Positions 52,077 through 62,112 of a DNA stretch of 64,000 nt are shown piece by piece; the stretch's first letter is position 1, and each line of letters starts with the position of its first letter. A program made the translations under genes and the position numbers. The notes beneath the pieces were generated by a model, which was not told the DNA's origin, made no database searches, and was given only the letters and a program-made list of their open reading frames with translations. The DNA comes from an uncultured Acidobacteriaceae bacterium (GTDB lineage: Bacteria > Acidobacteriota > Terriglobia > Terriglobales > Acidobacteriaceae). The stretch lies in NCBI GenBank assembly GCA_963848325.1, contig CAWKDJ010000010.1:24689-88688 (forward strand), read 5' to 3'.

Positions 52077-53439
52077 AACTACCTTGCCCCAACCATGCTC
52101 TGCCAAAGCAGAGGCCGTCCTGCGTCCAGAAAGTAGCGCTGCGATCTCCAGCCAAACCATGCGTGGAGGCGTTTACCTGGCGGCGCGATATGGCCTGGGC
52201 GTGCTGGTCAGCATCGCAAACATGCTGGTTATGACCTGGTGGATCGGCCCACACGCTTACGGATTATTCGTTTCAGCCATTGGCATTGCGGCGTTTCTCG
52301 CGACCCTCGCCCGGCTGGGAATCGACACGTATCTGGTACGAACTGAGAGAGCCCAGACGCCCGGATATACGGGACAGCCGCAACCCTCATTTTGGCCGCG
52401 TCCCTGGTGTTGGCCGTCGCGGGCGCAGCGGCGACACCATTGTTGGTTCGCTGGTTCGGTAATCGGGAATTTGTTTTTCCGTATCTCATCTTGCTCCTGA
52501 CGATCCCCGTGACCGGGCTCACCGGCGTGCCCATGGCACGACTCGAGCGCGCGTTGGATTTTCAGCGGATTGCCGCCATCGAACTCTGCAGCCAGTTTGC
52601 CGGACTGGTCATGGCAGCTTTGCTGGCATGGCGGCACGCCCAAGTGTGGGCGCCGGTCATGGGCCAGGTTGCCTGGCAGGTATGCACATTGCTTGCGGTG
52701 CTCGCCTCTGCGCCCCAACTGTGGCGGCTTCGCTTCAATCGGGAAGAAGCACGCAAGATGCTTGCCTACGGCATGAGCCTGACCACTTCGCTGCGCACCT
52801 GGCAGTTGCGGACCTTGGTGAATCCCCTGCTAGTTGGCCGATTTGCGGGGGCTGAAGCCGTGGCGTTCGTGGCCCTTGCCATCCGCATTGCGGAAGCGCT
52901 CGGCACCTTCCGGCTGGCCGCGGGCAGAATGGCGATCGCGGCGCTCGCTCGATTGCAGGCCGTCGCACCGAGTTTCGCAAGGCGCTCGAACAGGCACTCT
53001 ACTTGCAGGTCATTACGCTAGGCCGCTCCTATGCGCCTTTGCTCTGTGCGGCCCATTCATCGTCCGGCACTTCATCGGCGTGCGCTGGATGCCGAGCCTG
53101 GCCATCTATCCATTCGTCGCCGCCGGCGTTCTAGTCAACTCCATTTACAACCTGCAGGCTTCAGCTCTGTTTGTCATCGGAAAATCGCGCGTTGTCACGA
53201 AAGCTTACACCGCCCATGTTCTGATACTCGCTCTGACTACCATTTTTTTTGTGCCGAAGATCGGCATCGCCGGTTACGGCTGGGCTGAACTGGCCGCTTG
53301 TGCCTCTTATCTCGTCATCCATGCAGGTCTCGCGCGCGACTTGACGATCTCCTATCGCAGGCTCATTCCCTGGATGGGCGCCTTCGCCAGTTGCCTGCTG
53401 GTGGCTTCCAGGTTCCGTTTAACTGGTCTGGTGGGGTGA
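52063..53439 (+). CDS. Wzx-like polysaccharide flippase (Polysacc_synt/MOP family), at least 2-3 frameshifts (about 52370, 52975, 53045)
   Basis: GGAGAG Shine-Dalgarno. 12-TM-like hydrophobic profile spread over three frames with no stops between. Confidence 0.65.
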
Positions 53440-53452
53440 GGCGCACTTCGCT

Positions 53453-54727
53453 ATGCCAGCTATCGCATATCTCGCGAATTTGTTTCCCGCCGCCAGCGAA
53501 GGCTATGTAATTGATGAAATTCGCGAACTGCGCCAGCGCGGAATCACGGTTGTCCCTTGCAGCGTGAGGCGAGCGGCACCGCAACTCGATCCTGCCCTCA
53601 AACCGTGGATCAACGGCACCATTTATCTTTACCCGCTTCGACTGAACATACTGTTGGCGGCGACGTGGTTGTGCATCGCCAAGTTGGGAGTGTTGAAGCC
53701 ATTTCTTGCCCGCCTGCTGCTCCAAGGAAGTGAATGGCCGCTCCAGCGGGCGCGGGCGCTTGCTCACACTCTGCTCGGTGTTTACTACGCGGTCTTGTTG
53801 CGGCGGTTTGATCTGAGCCATATTCACGTGCATCACGGCTATTTCGGATCGTGGGTCGCGATGGTCGCCGCGAAGCTCCTTGGCGTTCCGTTCAGCGTTA
53901 CGTTGCATGGATCGGACGTGCTGTTGCATCCCGCATATCTCGGCATCAAGCTGGAACATTGCCAATTTTGTCGCACGATTTCCGATTTCAACCGTCAGCA
54001 CATCCTCAATTGTTATCCAAACGTTGATCCTCACAAAATTGTGGTCCAGAGACTCGGAGTGGATTGCACCGAGAACTGCCCTCCCGCATTGCAGGAAAAA
54101 CACGCTCCGTCCTCATTCGTCATCTTTTCCGCGGGACGGCTGCATCGGGTCAAGGACCACGAGTTTCTTGTCCGTGCGTGTCGCGAATTGAAAAGACGTG
54201 GCGTGAAATTCAGCTGTCGAATCGCCGGCGAAGGCCCGGAACAGCAATCGCTGGAACGTTTGATTCGCAACCTCGGGCTGCAAAGCGAAGTCCAGTTGCT
54301 TGGCGAAGTCCTTCACGCGCAAATGCCCGCTTACTACGAGATGGCGGATCTCGTCGTCCTTACCAGCCGGAGCGAAGGCATTCCCCTGGTGCTGATGGAA
54401 GCGATGGCACAGGGCAAGGTGGTGCTCGCACCGGCCATCACCGGCATTCCGGAGCTGATCAGCCACGCAGAAACAGGCTTCCTCTACCGCCCGGAGTCGC
54501 TCGATGATTTCGTGGCAAAGGTAGAAATGATCCGTGACACGCGCGCAACCCTCGGTCAACTACGGCATGCAGCGCGCAAGCAGGTAGTCGAACATTTCAA
54601 TCGACAAACCAACCTGGCAGCATTCTGCGACCACCTGATCACGCGACTGCAACCCGGCCCGCCGCACGAATTGAAAGAAACGCCCAGCCAGCGAGAAATT
54701 TCCTATGAAAATCCTGTTTTGCAATAA
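53453..54727 (+). CDS. GT4-family glycosyltransferase
   Basis: 'EGIPLVLMEAMAQGKVVLAPAITGIPELI' GT-B C-terminal motif. Intact. Confidence 0.85.
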   Translation: MPAIAYLANLFPAASEGYVIDEIRELRQRGITVVPCSVRRAAPQLDPALKPWINGTIYLYPLRLNILLAATWLCIAKLGVLKPFLARLLLQGSEWPLQRARALAHTLLGVYYAVLLRRFDLSHIHVHHGYFGSWVAMVAAKLLGVPFSVTLHGSDVLLHPAYLGIKLEHCQFCRTISDFNRQHILNCYPNVDPHKIVVQRLGVDCTENCPPALQEKHAPSSFVIFSAGRLHRVKDHEFLVRACRELKRRGVKFSCRIAGEGPEQQSLERLIRNLGLQSEVQLLGEVLHAQMPAYYEMADLVVLTSRSEGIPLVLMEAMAQGKVVLAPAITGIPELISHAETGFLYRPESLDDFVAKVEMIRDTRATLGQLRHAARKQVVEHFNRQTNLAAFCDHLITRLQPGPPHELKETPSQREISYENPVLQ

Positions 54728-55935
54728 GTACAACTTTCCCTTCAGCGGCACCGAAGTTTATCTCTTCGAACTGATGGGCCTTTTGCGTTCACGTGGACAC
54801 GAAGTGGCTCTGTTCTCCATGGCCGACCCTCGCGGCGAAGCCACGCCCTTCGACGCGCACTTTGTTCCTCACGTTGACTTCAAAGATTCGACTGCGAGCT
54901 GGACCACGCGGGTCAAACTCGCAGCCCATGCCGTCTATTCAACGGATGCAAGAGGACGACTGCGGGCCCTGCTCACGACATTCCAACCGGACATTGCGCA
55001 CGTTCGCAACATTTATCACCACTTGTCGCCGTCTATTTTGTGGGAGTTGAAGGCACAGGGTATACCTGTGCTGTACCATCTCAACGATTTCAAGCTGCTC
55101 TGCCCTGCCTATAACCTGGTGACCAACGGGCGAGCCTGCGAAAAACCGTGTACGGGAAAGTTTTGGAAGGTCCGCACACAAGGCTGCTACGAAGGGGCGG
55201 CAAGCACGGCGGCGGTTCTGGCGGCCGAGGCTTTCTTCCACCATTGGATGGGAACTTACCGGAAATGCCTGGATCACATTCTCACGCCCAGCCAGTTCGC
55301 GAAACATTTCTTAGCAGAACACGGTTTCGACGGTCACAAGATTTCCGTTCTGCCTCATTTTCAGAACTTGCCTGCCTCGTCGCCGCCCCCTGTTGCCGAG
55401 GACGCGCCGATTCTCTACTTCGGCCGGCTGTCGCACGAAAAAGGTGTAGCCGACCTCATCCATGCGATGCGCGCATTGCCGCAAGTCCGGCTGCAAATTG
55501 CCGGGCGTGGACCGCAGCAGGGTGAACTCGAGCGTCTGGTCAAAATTCTGAATTTGCAGAACGTCGAGTTCCTCGGCCATTTATCAGGTGAGGCTTTGGA
55601 GCAGGCAATCGCGACTTCGCGCTTCACCGTTTTGCCTTCGCATGCCTACGAAACCTTGGGCAAGAGCATCCTCGAGTCCTACGCCTGGGAACGCCCGGTT
55701 GTAGCGTCCGATTTAGGCTCGCGCCGCGAGTTGGTGCCGTCCAAACGAAACCGGACTTCTGTATGAACCCGGAAATGTCGAGCAATTGGCGAAAGCGATT
55801 TCTATCCTGGCCGAGCAGCCCCAACTCGCGGCGGAGATGGGCAAGGCCGGGCGGAAGTTCGTCGAAGCAAATCACAACCCGGAAAAGCATTATGCGCAAC
55901 TGCTGCGGCTTTACCAGCAGATGACCGGGCACGCC
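54705..55935 (+). CDS. GT4-family glycosyltransferase, frameshift at the AAA run at 55749-55751. The 3' end is ambiguous
   Basis: 'YETLGKSILESYAWERPVVASDLGSRRELVPS', then the next frame reads 'ETGLLYEPGNVEQLAKAISILAEQPQLAAEMGKAGRKFVEANH'. There is no stop before the next GT in that frame. Confidence 0.65.
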
Positions 55936-57132
55936 TGCAGTCGTTCACGCCGTCAGCCAGTGCGGGTTGCCTTTATCGGCGGGCGCGGCGTCATCTCGAA
56001 GTACAGCGGAATTGAAGCGTATTACGAAGAAGCCGGCCGCGAACTCTCAGCCCTGAACTATCAGGTCACCATTTACTGCCGAAACTACTTCACTCCGCCG
56101 ATCACCAAGCACAAGGGGATGCGGCTGGTGCGGCTGCCGACTCTCCGCTCGAAACATTTTGAAACCGTGATTCACACTCTGCTGAGCACGCTGCACGTAA
56201 TGTTCAGCTCGAACGACATCGTGCATTACCACGCGCTCGGTCCGGCGCTGTTTTCTTTCCTACCCCGTCTCGCCGGGAAGAAGACGATCGTTACCGTGCA
56301 AGGCCTCGATTGGCAGCGCAAAAAATGGGGACGCCTCGCTGCCTTCACGTTGCGCCTGGGCGAAATGGCCGCGGCGCGGCTGCCGAACTCGACCATGGTC
56401 GTCTCGAAAACTTTGCAGAAGTATTTCCGCCAACGCTATGGCATCGACGCGGCTTACATTCCAAACGGCGCCGTGCTTCGTGAGCGGAGCAGCCCTGCGT
56501 CTCTTCCTAAGTGGGGACTCGACGCCGGCAAGTACGCCCTCTTCCTTGGTCGCTTCTCGCCCGAGAAGAATTGCCACTTGCTGATCGAGGCATTTGAAAA
56601 CCTCCAAACTCCGGCCAAGCTGCTGCTGGCTGGCGGATCAAGCCACACGGACTCTTACGCTGCCAACCTGCGGCGACACGAAAGCGGCCAAATTCACTTT
56701 CTCGACTGGCTCTCTGGCGATGCCTTGAACGAAGCTCTGACCAACGCCGCACTATTTGTCTTGCCCTCCGATCTCGAAGGGCTATCGCTGGCGCTGCTGG
56801 ACGCAATGGGTGCCGGCGTCTGCGTCCTGACGAGTGACATTCCGGAAAACCGCGAAGTCGTGGATGGCGCGGGCTTCACGTTTCGCGCCGGCGACGTGGA
56901 TGACCTGTCCCGGGTGATGAATCGCCTGCTGGCCGATCCTGAAATCCGTGCCGCTGCCGGGCGTAGCGCGCGCGATCTGATTCGAGAACATTATCTCTGG
57001 CCGAACATTGCTGGCCAGATCGCTCAGGTATATGAAGAGGTGCTAGGCCGTCCGGCAATGGGTGTTTCTAAAATGAAATCGAAAGCCACTTCGGCCGATG
57101 CAATCGCTGGGAAATCCAAGCGCGTGGCCTAG
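55921..57132 (+). CDS. GT4-family glycosyltransferase (the start is ATG 55921 or GTG 55960)
   Basis: 'RVAFIGGRGVISKYSGIEAYYEE' N-terminal GT-B motif. C-terminal 'EGLSLALLDAMGAGVCVLTSDIPENREVV'. Confidence 0.75.
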   Translation: MTGHACSRSRRQPVRVAFIGGRGVISKYSGIEAYYEEAGRELSALNYQVTIYCRNYFTPPITKHKGMRLVRLPTLRSKHFETVIHTLLSTLHVMFSSNDIVHYHALGPALFSFLPRLAGKKTIVTVQGLDWQRKKWGRLAAFTLRLGEMAAARLPNSTMVVSKTLQKYFRQRYGIDAAYIPNGAVLRERSSPASLPKWGLDAGKYALFLGRFSPEKNCHLLIEAFENLQTPAKLLLAGGSSHTDSYAANLRRHESGQIHFLDWLSGDALNEALTNAALFVLPSDLEGLSLALLDAMGAGVCVLTSDIPENREVVDGAGFTFRAGDVDDLSRVMNRLLADPEIRAAAGRSARDLIREHYLWPNIAGQIAQVYEEVLGRPAMGVSKMKSKATSADAIAGKSKRVA

Positions 57133-57154
57133 GTGAAACGCAAAGGGGGATCGC

Positions 57155-58476
57155 TCAATTGGTTCGCAGCCAAGGCCAGTGCACCTGCACCGTTCGCGAT
57201 TCCCAGAGCACGTAGACGATCAGCAACAGCATTTCCGGCTCGATCAAATGCTTGTATCTCGCGTATGGGCTCACAATGTAATAAGGCAGCGGATAGATCA
57301 GCAAGAAACACGCCAGCAGGTACGCCGCCGGCTTGCCCCGCTGATACGTCAGCCATAATCCTGCAAAGGCGAACGCAGCTTGAAGGAAATAATTCATGTG
57401 CCGCGAGATGTTGAAGTCGTAACCGGCAACGATTGAGGCCTGCGGCGGAGAAATCCAGAAATATAAGGCCCGCTTCAGCGTGAACTGCAAGAACCTGCCT
57501 GGATGCTCGCGAATAAACTGCCGCGCCTGCTGGCCTTTGTCGGCCATAAAACGCGCCTCGCCCATCTCGTGAAACTTCTCCATCGCCCGGCGGTCGTTGG
57601 CGGGATGTTCCTCGCGGTGCCGAGAAGCCGGCCGACTCTTCGTTATTCGACATGTAAAGTTCGAGCGGCAGATTGTCACGAACAAAAATAAACTTGCCGA
57701 ACACGCGATAGTTGCGCACCAGCCACGGACTCACCACGGCAAAGGCAATGCCAACGCACAACACCGAACTCACCAGCCAGGCGGAGCGATTCGGCGCACG
57801 ATATAGCAGCCACAGTAGCGAACACACGAACATTGTAGTTAGCGAAGGATTGGTAAGAATGATCAATCCCCACAGCAGACCGAACTTAACCCAGCGGGCG
57901 CGGGCCGGACCCTCAGCCAACTCAAGCGTCCAGAGCAAAGCCAAGCTGAGCAGGAAAGCGCTCAGGCTGGTGTCATACACTACGCGCACTGGCCAATAAA
58001 TAAGGTAGGGAAAAACCGCCCAGGTCCCACGCGGCCGCGCGAGCTACGCCAAGCCCATAAATCTTTTCGCCGATGCGGTAAACCGTCCAGCAAGTCAGCG
58101 CGCCGAAAACGCTGTTAAATGCCAGAATCATCCACGCCGAAGTCGCGCTGTACACCCCGAATACTCTGAAAATGCCAGCGAGGATGTAGGTATAAACGGG
58201 AGGCATCCAGGCAGTCGGGCCGCCAGGAAGATCGGTCGGCGAACTGAAACCGCCGCCAGTGGCAATCGACCGCGCGATGCGGCCAATCTCCCAGGCAAAC
58301 TGGAAGTGATCGCCACGCGGTGTGATGCGGTAGGTGTGCCCGACGGTGATGACCGCAAGCCGGAGCAGCAGCGCGACAAGCAGGATAAACCAGATCGAAC
58401 GTCTCAGCGGCCGGCGGACTTCCGAAATCCCGGATGCATCCTCGTTCGCCAGTCCGCTCTCGATCCGCCCATTCAT
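57155..58476 (-). CDS. GT39/ArnT-PMT-family (GT-C) membrane glycosyltransferase, 2 frameshifts (about 57980 and 57650)
   Basis: Polytopic N-terminus 'WFILLVALLLRLAVITVGHTYRITPRGDHFQFAWEIGR...' continued in two further frames. Confidence 0.6.
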
Positions 58477-58595
58477 CGAGCCGACTATAGCACGGCCAAA
58501 CTGAATGCACGCCGCGCCGCAATCCTCCCGGCTTGCAAGTGAGGAGGAGCGGAACGCACTTCTCTATCGCCAGCGTTAATCTTTTTAAGAAATTG

Positions 58596-59383
58596 TTATT
58601 CCTGCCGCCAGATAGCGAGACCGCTATTACCTAGAGAGAGCGCACCCAAGCCAGCACCGATCAAGGCCTGACTCTCGTTGGGTTGGTCAGGGTCGCGACC
58701 GCTGGCCGGTGTAATATTGGCTGCCTCGCCCGCAGCGATCGGCTTGTCCGCGTCCGTCTCATACGCGTAGCCGGTCATGACGCGCCTGTGCAGTAGCTGC
58801 TAACATTCAGGCGCGCCCATCCATAGTGTGTGGCTCCGTCGATGAGAAACTTGAAGCCGAGATATCGACGGGTGGCTCCGAGCCAGGGCCAGAGCCCCCC
58901 CTGCTCGCCACCCTGGGTGTTATTACCAAAAGCGGAGAAATCTGCCATCATCTGCTTACCCGCCTGAAACGCAGCCTCGGGACCGATGAGTGCTCGTGGG
59001 GCGAGGGCAGCCGCCCAGGCGCGTCCTTTCACTACAGCGGACTCCACCATGTTTGAGGGTTGAGCTCCGATTGCATACACACGGCGGTACAACAAAAATG
59101 TTCCCTCCAGAGGCTTGGTTCTAGGACGCAAATTCCTGTAGGTGTAGTAATAGCTGATCTGAAAATCCACAATTCCATCGTGGTTGAGGTCGATGTTCAA
59201 AACCGTATTGGCGTTTATATGTTTGTGCACCGGCGTGTACAACACTTCTGCCTCAGCCGGTTGGGTGAGTGCCAAGACCCCGACGCCGGCTGCTGTCGCC
59301 GCAGTCGTGTATGCATTTAGAAGGCGCTGCAGTGAGTGGGAGACCTTCTTTGGGCTGGGTGAGAGAGAGGCAGACAAGTTCAT
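58596..59383 (-). CDS. secreted protein with a possible PEP-CTERM-like C-terminal sorting signal, frameshift near 58778
   Basis: N-terminal signal peptide. The C-terminus is '...PDQPNESQALIGAGLGALSLGNSGLAIWRQE*' (a Pro/acidic motif, then a hydrophobic helix, then a short polar tail). Confidence 0.4.
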
Positions 59384-59553
59384 AGCATGACTCCATCTGA
59401 AAAAACGTATGGCATCTTTTTAGTCCAGACGGGGCAGGATGTCAGTGACGCTTGTGGCGTGGTTCTGTGACGGGGAACAGGCTGGCCGCTCGCCGGGCGC
59501 GAGTCACGAGAAGCGACTGAGTCGGAAGTGGGGAGGGCTGCAGCCGGTACTGT

Positions 59554-60141
59554 TTACCGGTTCAAGTCCGCCGCCAGCATGTTGGCTTTGTTCGCAAGAT
59601 TGTAAGCGCGCTCCACGTCGCCGCTGCTTGCCGCAGCCCTGGCCTCGTCCATGTAACTTCGGATTTGCTTCACTGTTACCTCTTGGCTGGCATTGAGGCC
59701 GCGAACCGCAACATCTTTCAGGTTGTTGTCTGCTGCGTCGAGCAACCGATTCGTTTCCTCGATGCGCGAGGCCTGCTTCTGGTCTTCGGCCGAAGAAATC
59801 GCAACCGTCGGCTGACCGCTGCCGCCGTCGCGCACCACCTTCTTGCTGGGACCGTCGTCGTGCGGCTTTTGAGCGCTGTGCGCTTGGGGCTTTTTCTTGG
59901 CTGGTTTCGAAGCGGTGGCCTTGCAATCTGATTTAGCGTTTGATCCGGATTGTGACGTGTCTGGACGTTGCATGTCCGAACAAGGTTGGGAGGATTTCTG
60001 TTGCTGGTTACCCGTGGTCGAACTTGGCTGGGCACTCTGCGCCGGGCCGGACTGCCCGGCATTCGGGCCCGCTTGAGACGACCAACCCATTTGCGCGGGA
60101 AGCAGGCAAAGAGCGGCGACAACGATTCTGGCCAGAGTCAT
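59554..60141 (-). CDS. secreted low-complexity protein with C-terminal helical domain
   Basis: 'MTLARIVVAALCLLPAQ' signal peptide, then a Q/S/K-rich region. Confidence 0.5.
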   Translation of the reverse strand: MTLARIVVAALCLLPAQMGWSSQAGPNAGQSGPAQSAQPSSTTGNQQQKSSQPCSDMQRPDTSQSGSNAKSDCKATASKPAKKKPQAHSAQKPHDDGPSKKVVRDGGSGQPTVAISSAEDQKQASRIEETNRLLDAADNNLKDVAVRGLNASQEVTVKQIRSYMDEARAAASSGDVERAYNLANKANMLAADLNR

Positions 60142-60211
60142 AGTAGTAGCTCGACTAATGCTTTCGTAGGATTGCCTACATTCTATGTCAAAGGCCCAGC
60201 AGTTGCGCCGT

Positions 60212-62095
60212 TCAGCCTCGCGGCGATCCCAAGGCTTGGACAACAGGCCGGCCGCTTCCATTTGCTTCTTCTTTCGGCTCCGCCACTGGCAGGCGCAACC
60301 GAAACGTCGTCCCTCCCCCCTCGACCGATTCAAAATCGATTGAGCCATAATGCCATTGCATTACCTGGTAAGTCTGCGCCAAGCCGATGCCGCTGCCGTC
60401 TCTTTTTGTCGAGAAATAAAGTTCGAAGATTTTCTCCTGCACATCGGCGGGAATCCCTCCGCCGTGGTCCTGAATCTCCGCCACCACCGTGTCCTCTTCG
60501 CGATGGGCGGAGATCGCCAGTTTTCCGCCATCGGGCATGGCCTGAATTCCATTGAGCACAACATTGAAGATCGCCAGCTTCATGGAATCGATGTCCGCCC
60601 GCACGCGCAGCGGTTCCGGCGCAAGCTCGCGTGCAATTTCAACCCCGCGTTGCTCTGCCTCGGGAGAAGCCAGAAGAATGACTTCATCGAGCAATCCCCG
60701 CAGGTCGATTTCTTCCACGTGCAGGTCGCGCGGACGGGTGAAATCCACCAGAATCTGCACCACGCGGTCCAGGCGATGAATCTCGCTGTCGATGATGTCC
60801 ATGTGGCGGCGCGCGTCGGGATCGCTCTGCTGCAACTTGCTGCGCAGGAGTTGCAGGTGCAGAACGATTGCATTGATTGGATTTTTTACTTCGTGCGCCA
60901 CGCCTCGTGTGAGCCGTCCGCTGGCAGACATGCGGCGCGACAGTTCGATTTCATCTTCGATCCTGCGCGCCGATTCCGTGTCGCGCAGCGTGAGCAGGGC
61001 GCCAATCGGCGTCCCCCGCTCCTGGATGAAGTCAAGCGAAACTTGCGCGTGCTCACCATTCCACACTTCCACCTCGCGCTGGTCGACCGCTTGCCGGTTC
61101 TTGAAACCTTCAAGCACCAGCGCGCCCAGGCTTGTGTCGGGGGAAAAAATGTCTCTTACGTTGCGCCCCAACAGTTCGCCGCGCGGCCGCCGCAGAAATT
61201 GCTCGACCGATGCGCTGACCAGAACAACTTGCGCCTCGCGGGTAAAGAGCATCAGGCCATCCTGCAAATTGGCCATGATTTGATCGACGTTGTCTTTCAA
61301 CGCCGAGAAAATCTCCTTGGCATCGCGCACCTGACGGCCGAGGTCGGCGATCTTCAGACTGATCAGCCCGTATTCGTCGTGCGCGGCCTGGTCTTGTTCC
61401 AGGCTTTCTCCCGCGCTGGCGCTGTCCAGCGTCCGGTTCAGCTGTTTCAATGGCGCAAATGCGATGTGGGAAAGCCCAGCCGCAAGCAACAGCGAGAGAA
61501 AGATTGCGGTACAGGAAAATGCAAATGCGTGCCGCAGCTTGGGAGTAACATCGTCGCGAATAAAGACGGTCGAAAGACCAAGCCGCACGCTGCCGAACGG
61601 CACTCCATTCAAATTCAGCGGCAGGCTGAATTCGTAAACCGTCGGCGGGTTGTAGACCATCTTCAACTGCTGTCGAAAACCGGCCTTCTGCAGGGTTGCA
61701 AAGTCGGGCCGCGGGCTCACCACTTTGCCCACCATGTCCGGGTTGCTGTGAAGGATCGCCTGCCCGTTCACATCTACGATGGAGACGTCGTAGATATAGT
61801 GCCAACTGCCGACCACGGAGTCGACAAGATTATTAAGGTCGGTATCGGTCGAAAGATAGTAGGCTACCGCGCGCCGCACCGCTTGCGGATCGTTCGTATT
61901 CACCCGGGTGCTGGTGAGGTCGGGAATCGCACTGTTGGCCAGCGAGGCAAGTTGAGAAGTAAGAAAGTAAGCGGTGTCGTAGCCGGACTTGACCTGTTGC
62001 CGCAGGGCCTGGGAAACGTAGATGTAGGAGAAGTACGAAACCAGACACGCCACCATCAAAGTGATGGAAAGCACGATCTGGGTCTTACGCCGCAT
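60212..62095 (-). CDS. sensor histidine kinase (2 TM + periplasmic domain, PAS, HisKA, HATPase_c)
   Basis: 'HEVKNPINAI' H-box and 'GGGIPADVQEKIFELYFSTKRDGSGIGLA' G-box. Confidence 0.85.
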   Translation of the reverse strand: MRRKTQIVLSITLMVACLVSYFSYIYVSQALRQQVKSGYDTAYFLTSQLASLANSAIPDLTSTRVNTNDPQAVRRAVAYYLSTDTDLNNLVDSVVGSWHYIYDVSIVDVNGQAILHSNPDMVGKVVSPRPDFATLQKAGFRQQLKMVYNPPTVYEFSLPLNLNGVPFGSVRLGLSTVFIRDDVTPKLRHAFAFSCTAIFLSLLLAAGLSHIAFAPLKQLNRTLDSASAGESLEQDQAAHDEYGLISLKIADLGRQVRDAKEIFSALKDNVDQIMANLQDGLMLFTREAQVVLVSASVEQFLRRPRGELLGRNVRDIFSPDTSLGALVLEGFKNRQAVDQREVEVWNGEHAQVSLDFIQERGTPIGALLTLRDTESARRIEDEIELSRRMSASGRLTRGVAHEVKNPINAIVLHLQLLRSKLQQSDPDARRHMDIIDSEIHRLDRVVQILVDFTRPRDLHVEEIDLRGLLDEVILLASPEAEQRGVEIARELAPEPLRVRADIDSMKLAIFNVVLNGIQAMPDGGKLAISAHREEDTVVAEIQDHGGGIPADVQEKIFELYFSTKRDGSGIGLAQTYQVMQWHYGSIDFESVEGGGTTFRLRLPVAEPKEEANGSGRPVVQALGSPRG

Positions 62096-62112
62096 AGATC
62101 AATGAGAGTGGC

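Noticed and set aside
55786-57132. ORF-track 448-aa protein starting 'MAKAISILAEQ'
   Set aside because: Its first ~45 residues are the C-terminus of the preceding frameshifted GT4 ('...NVEQLAKAISILAEQPQLAAEMGKAGRKFVEANH'). The real third GT4 starts near 55921-55960.
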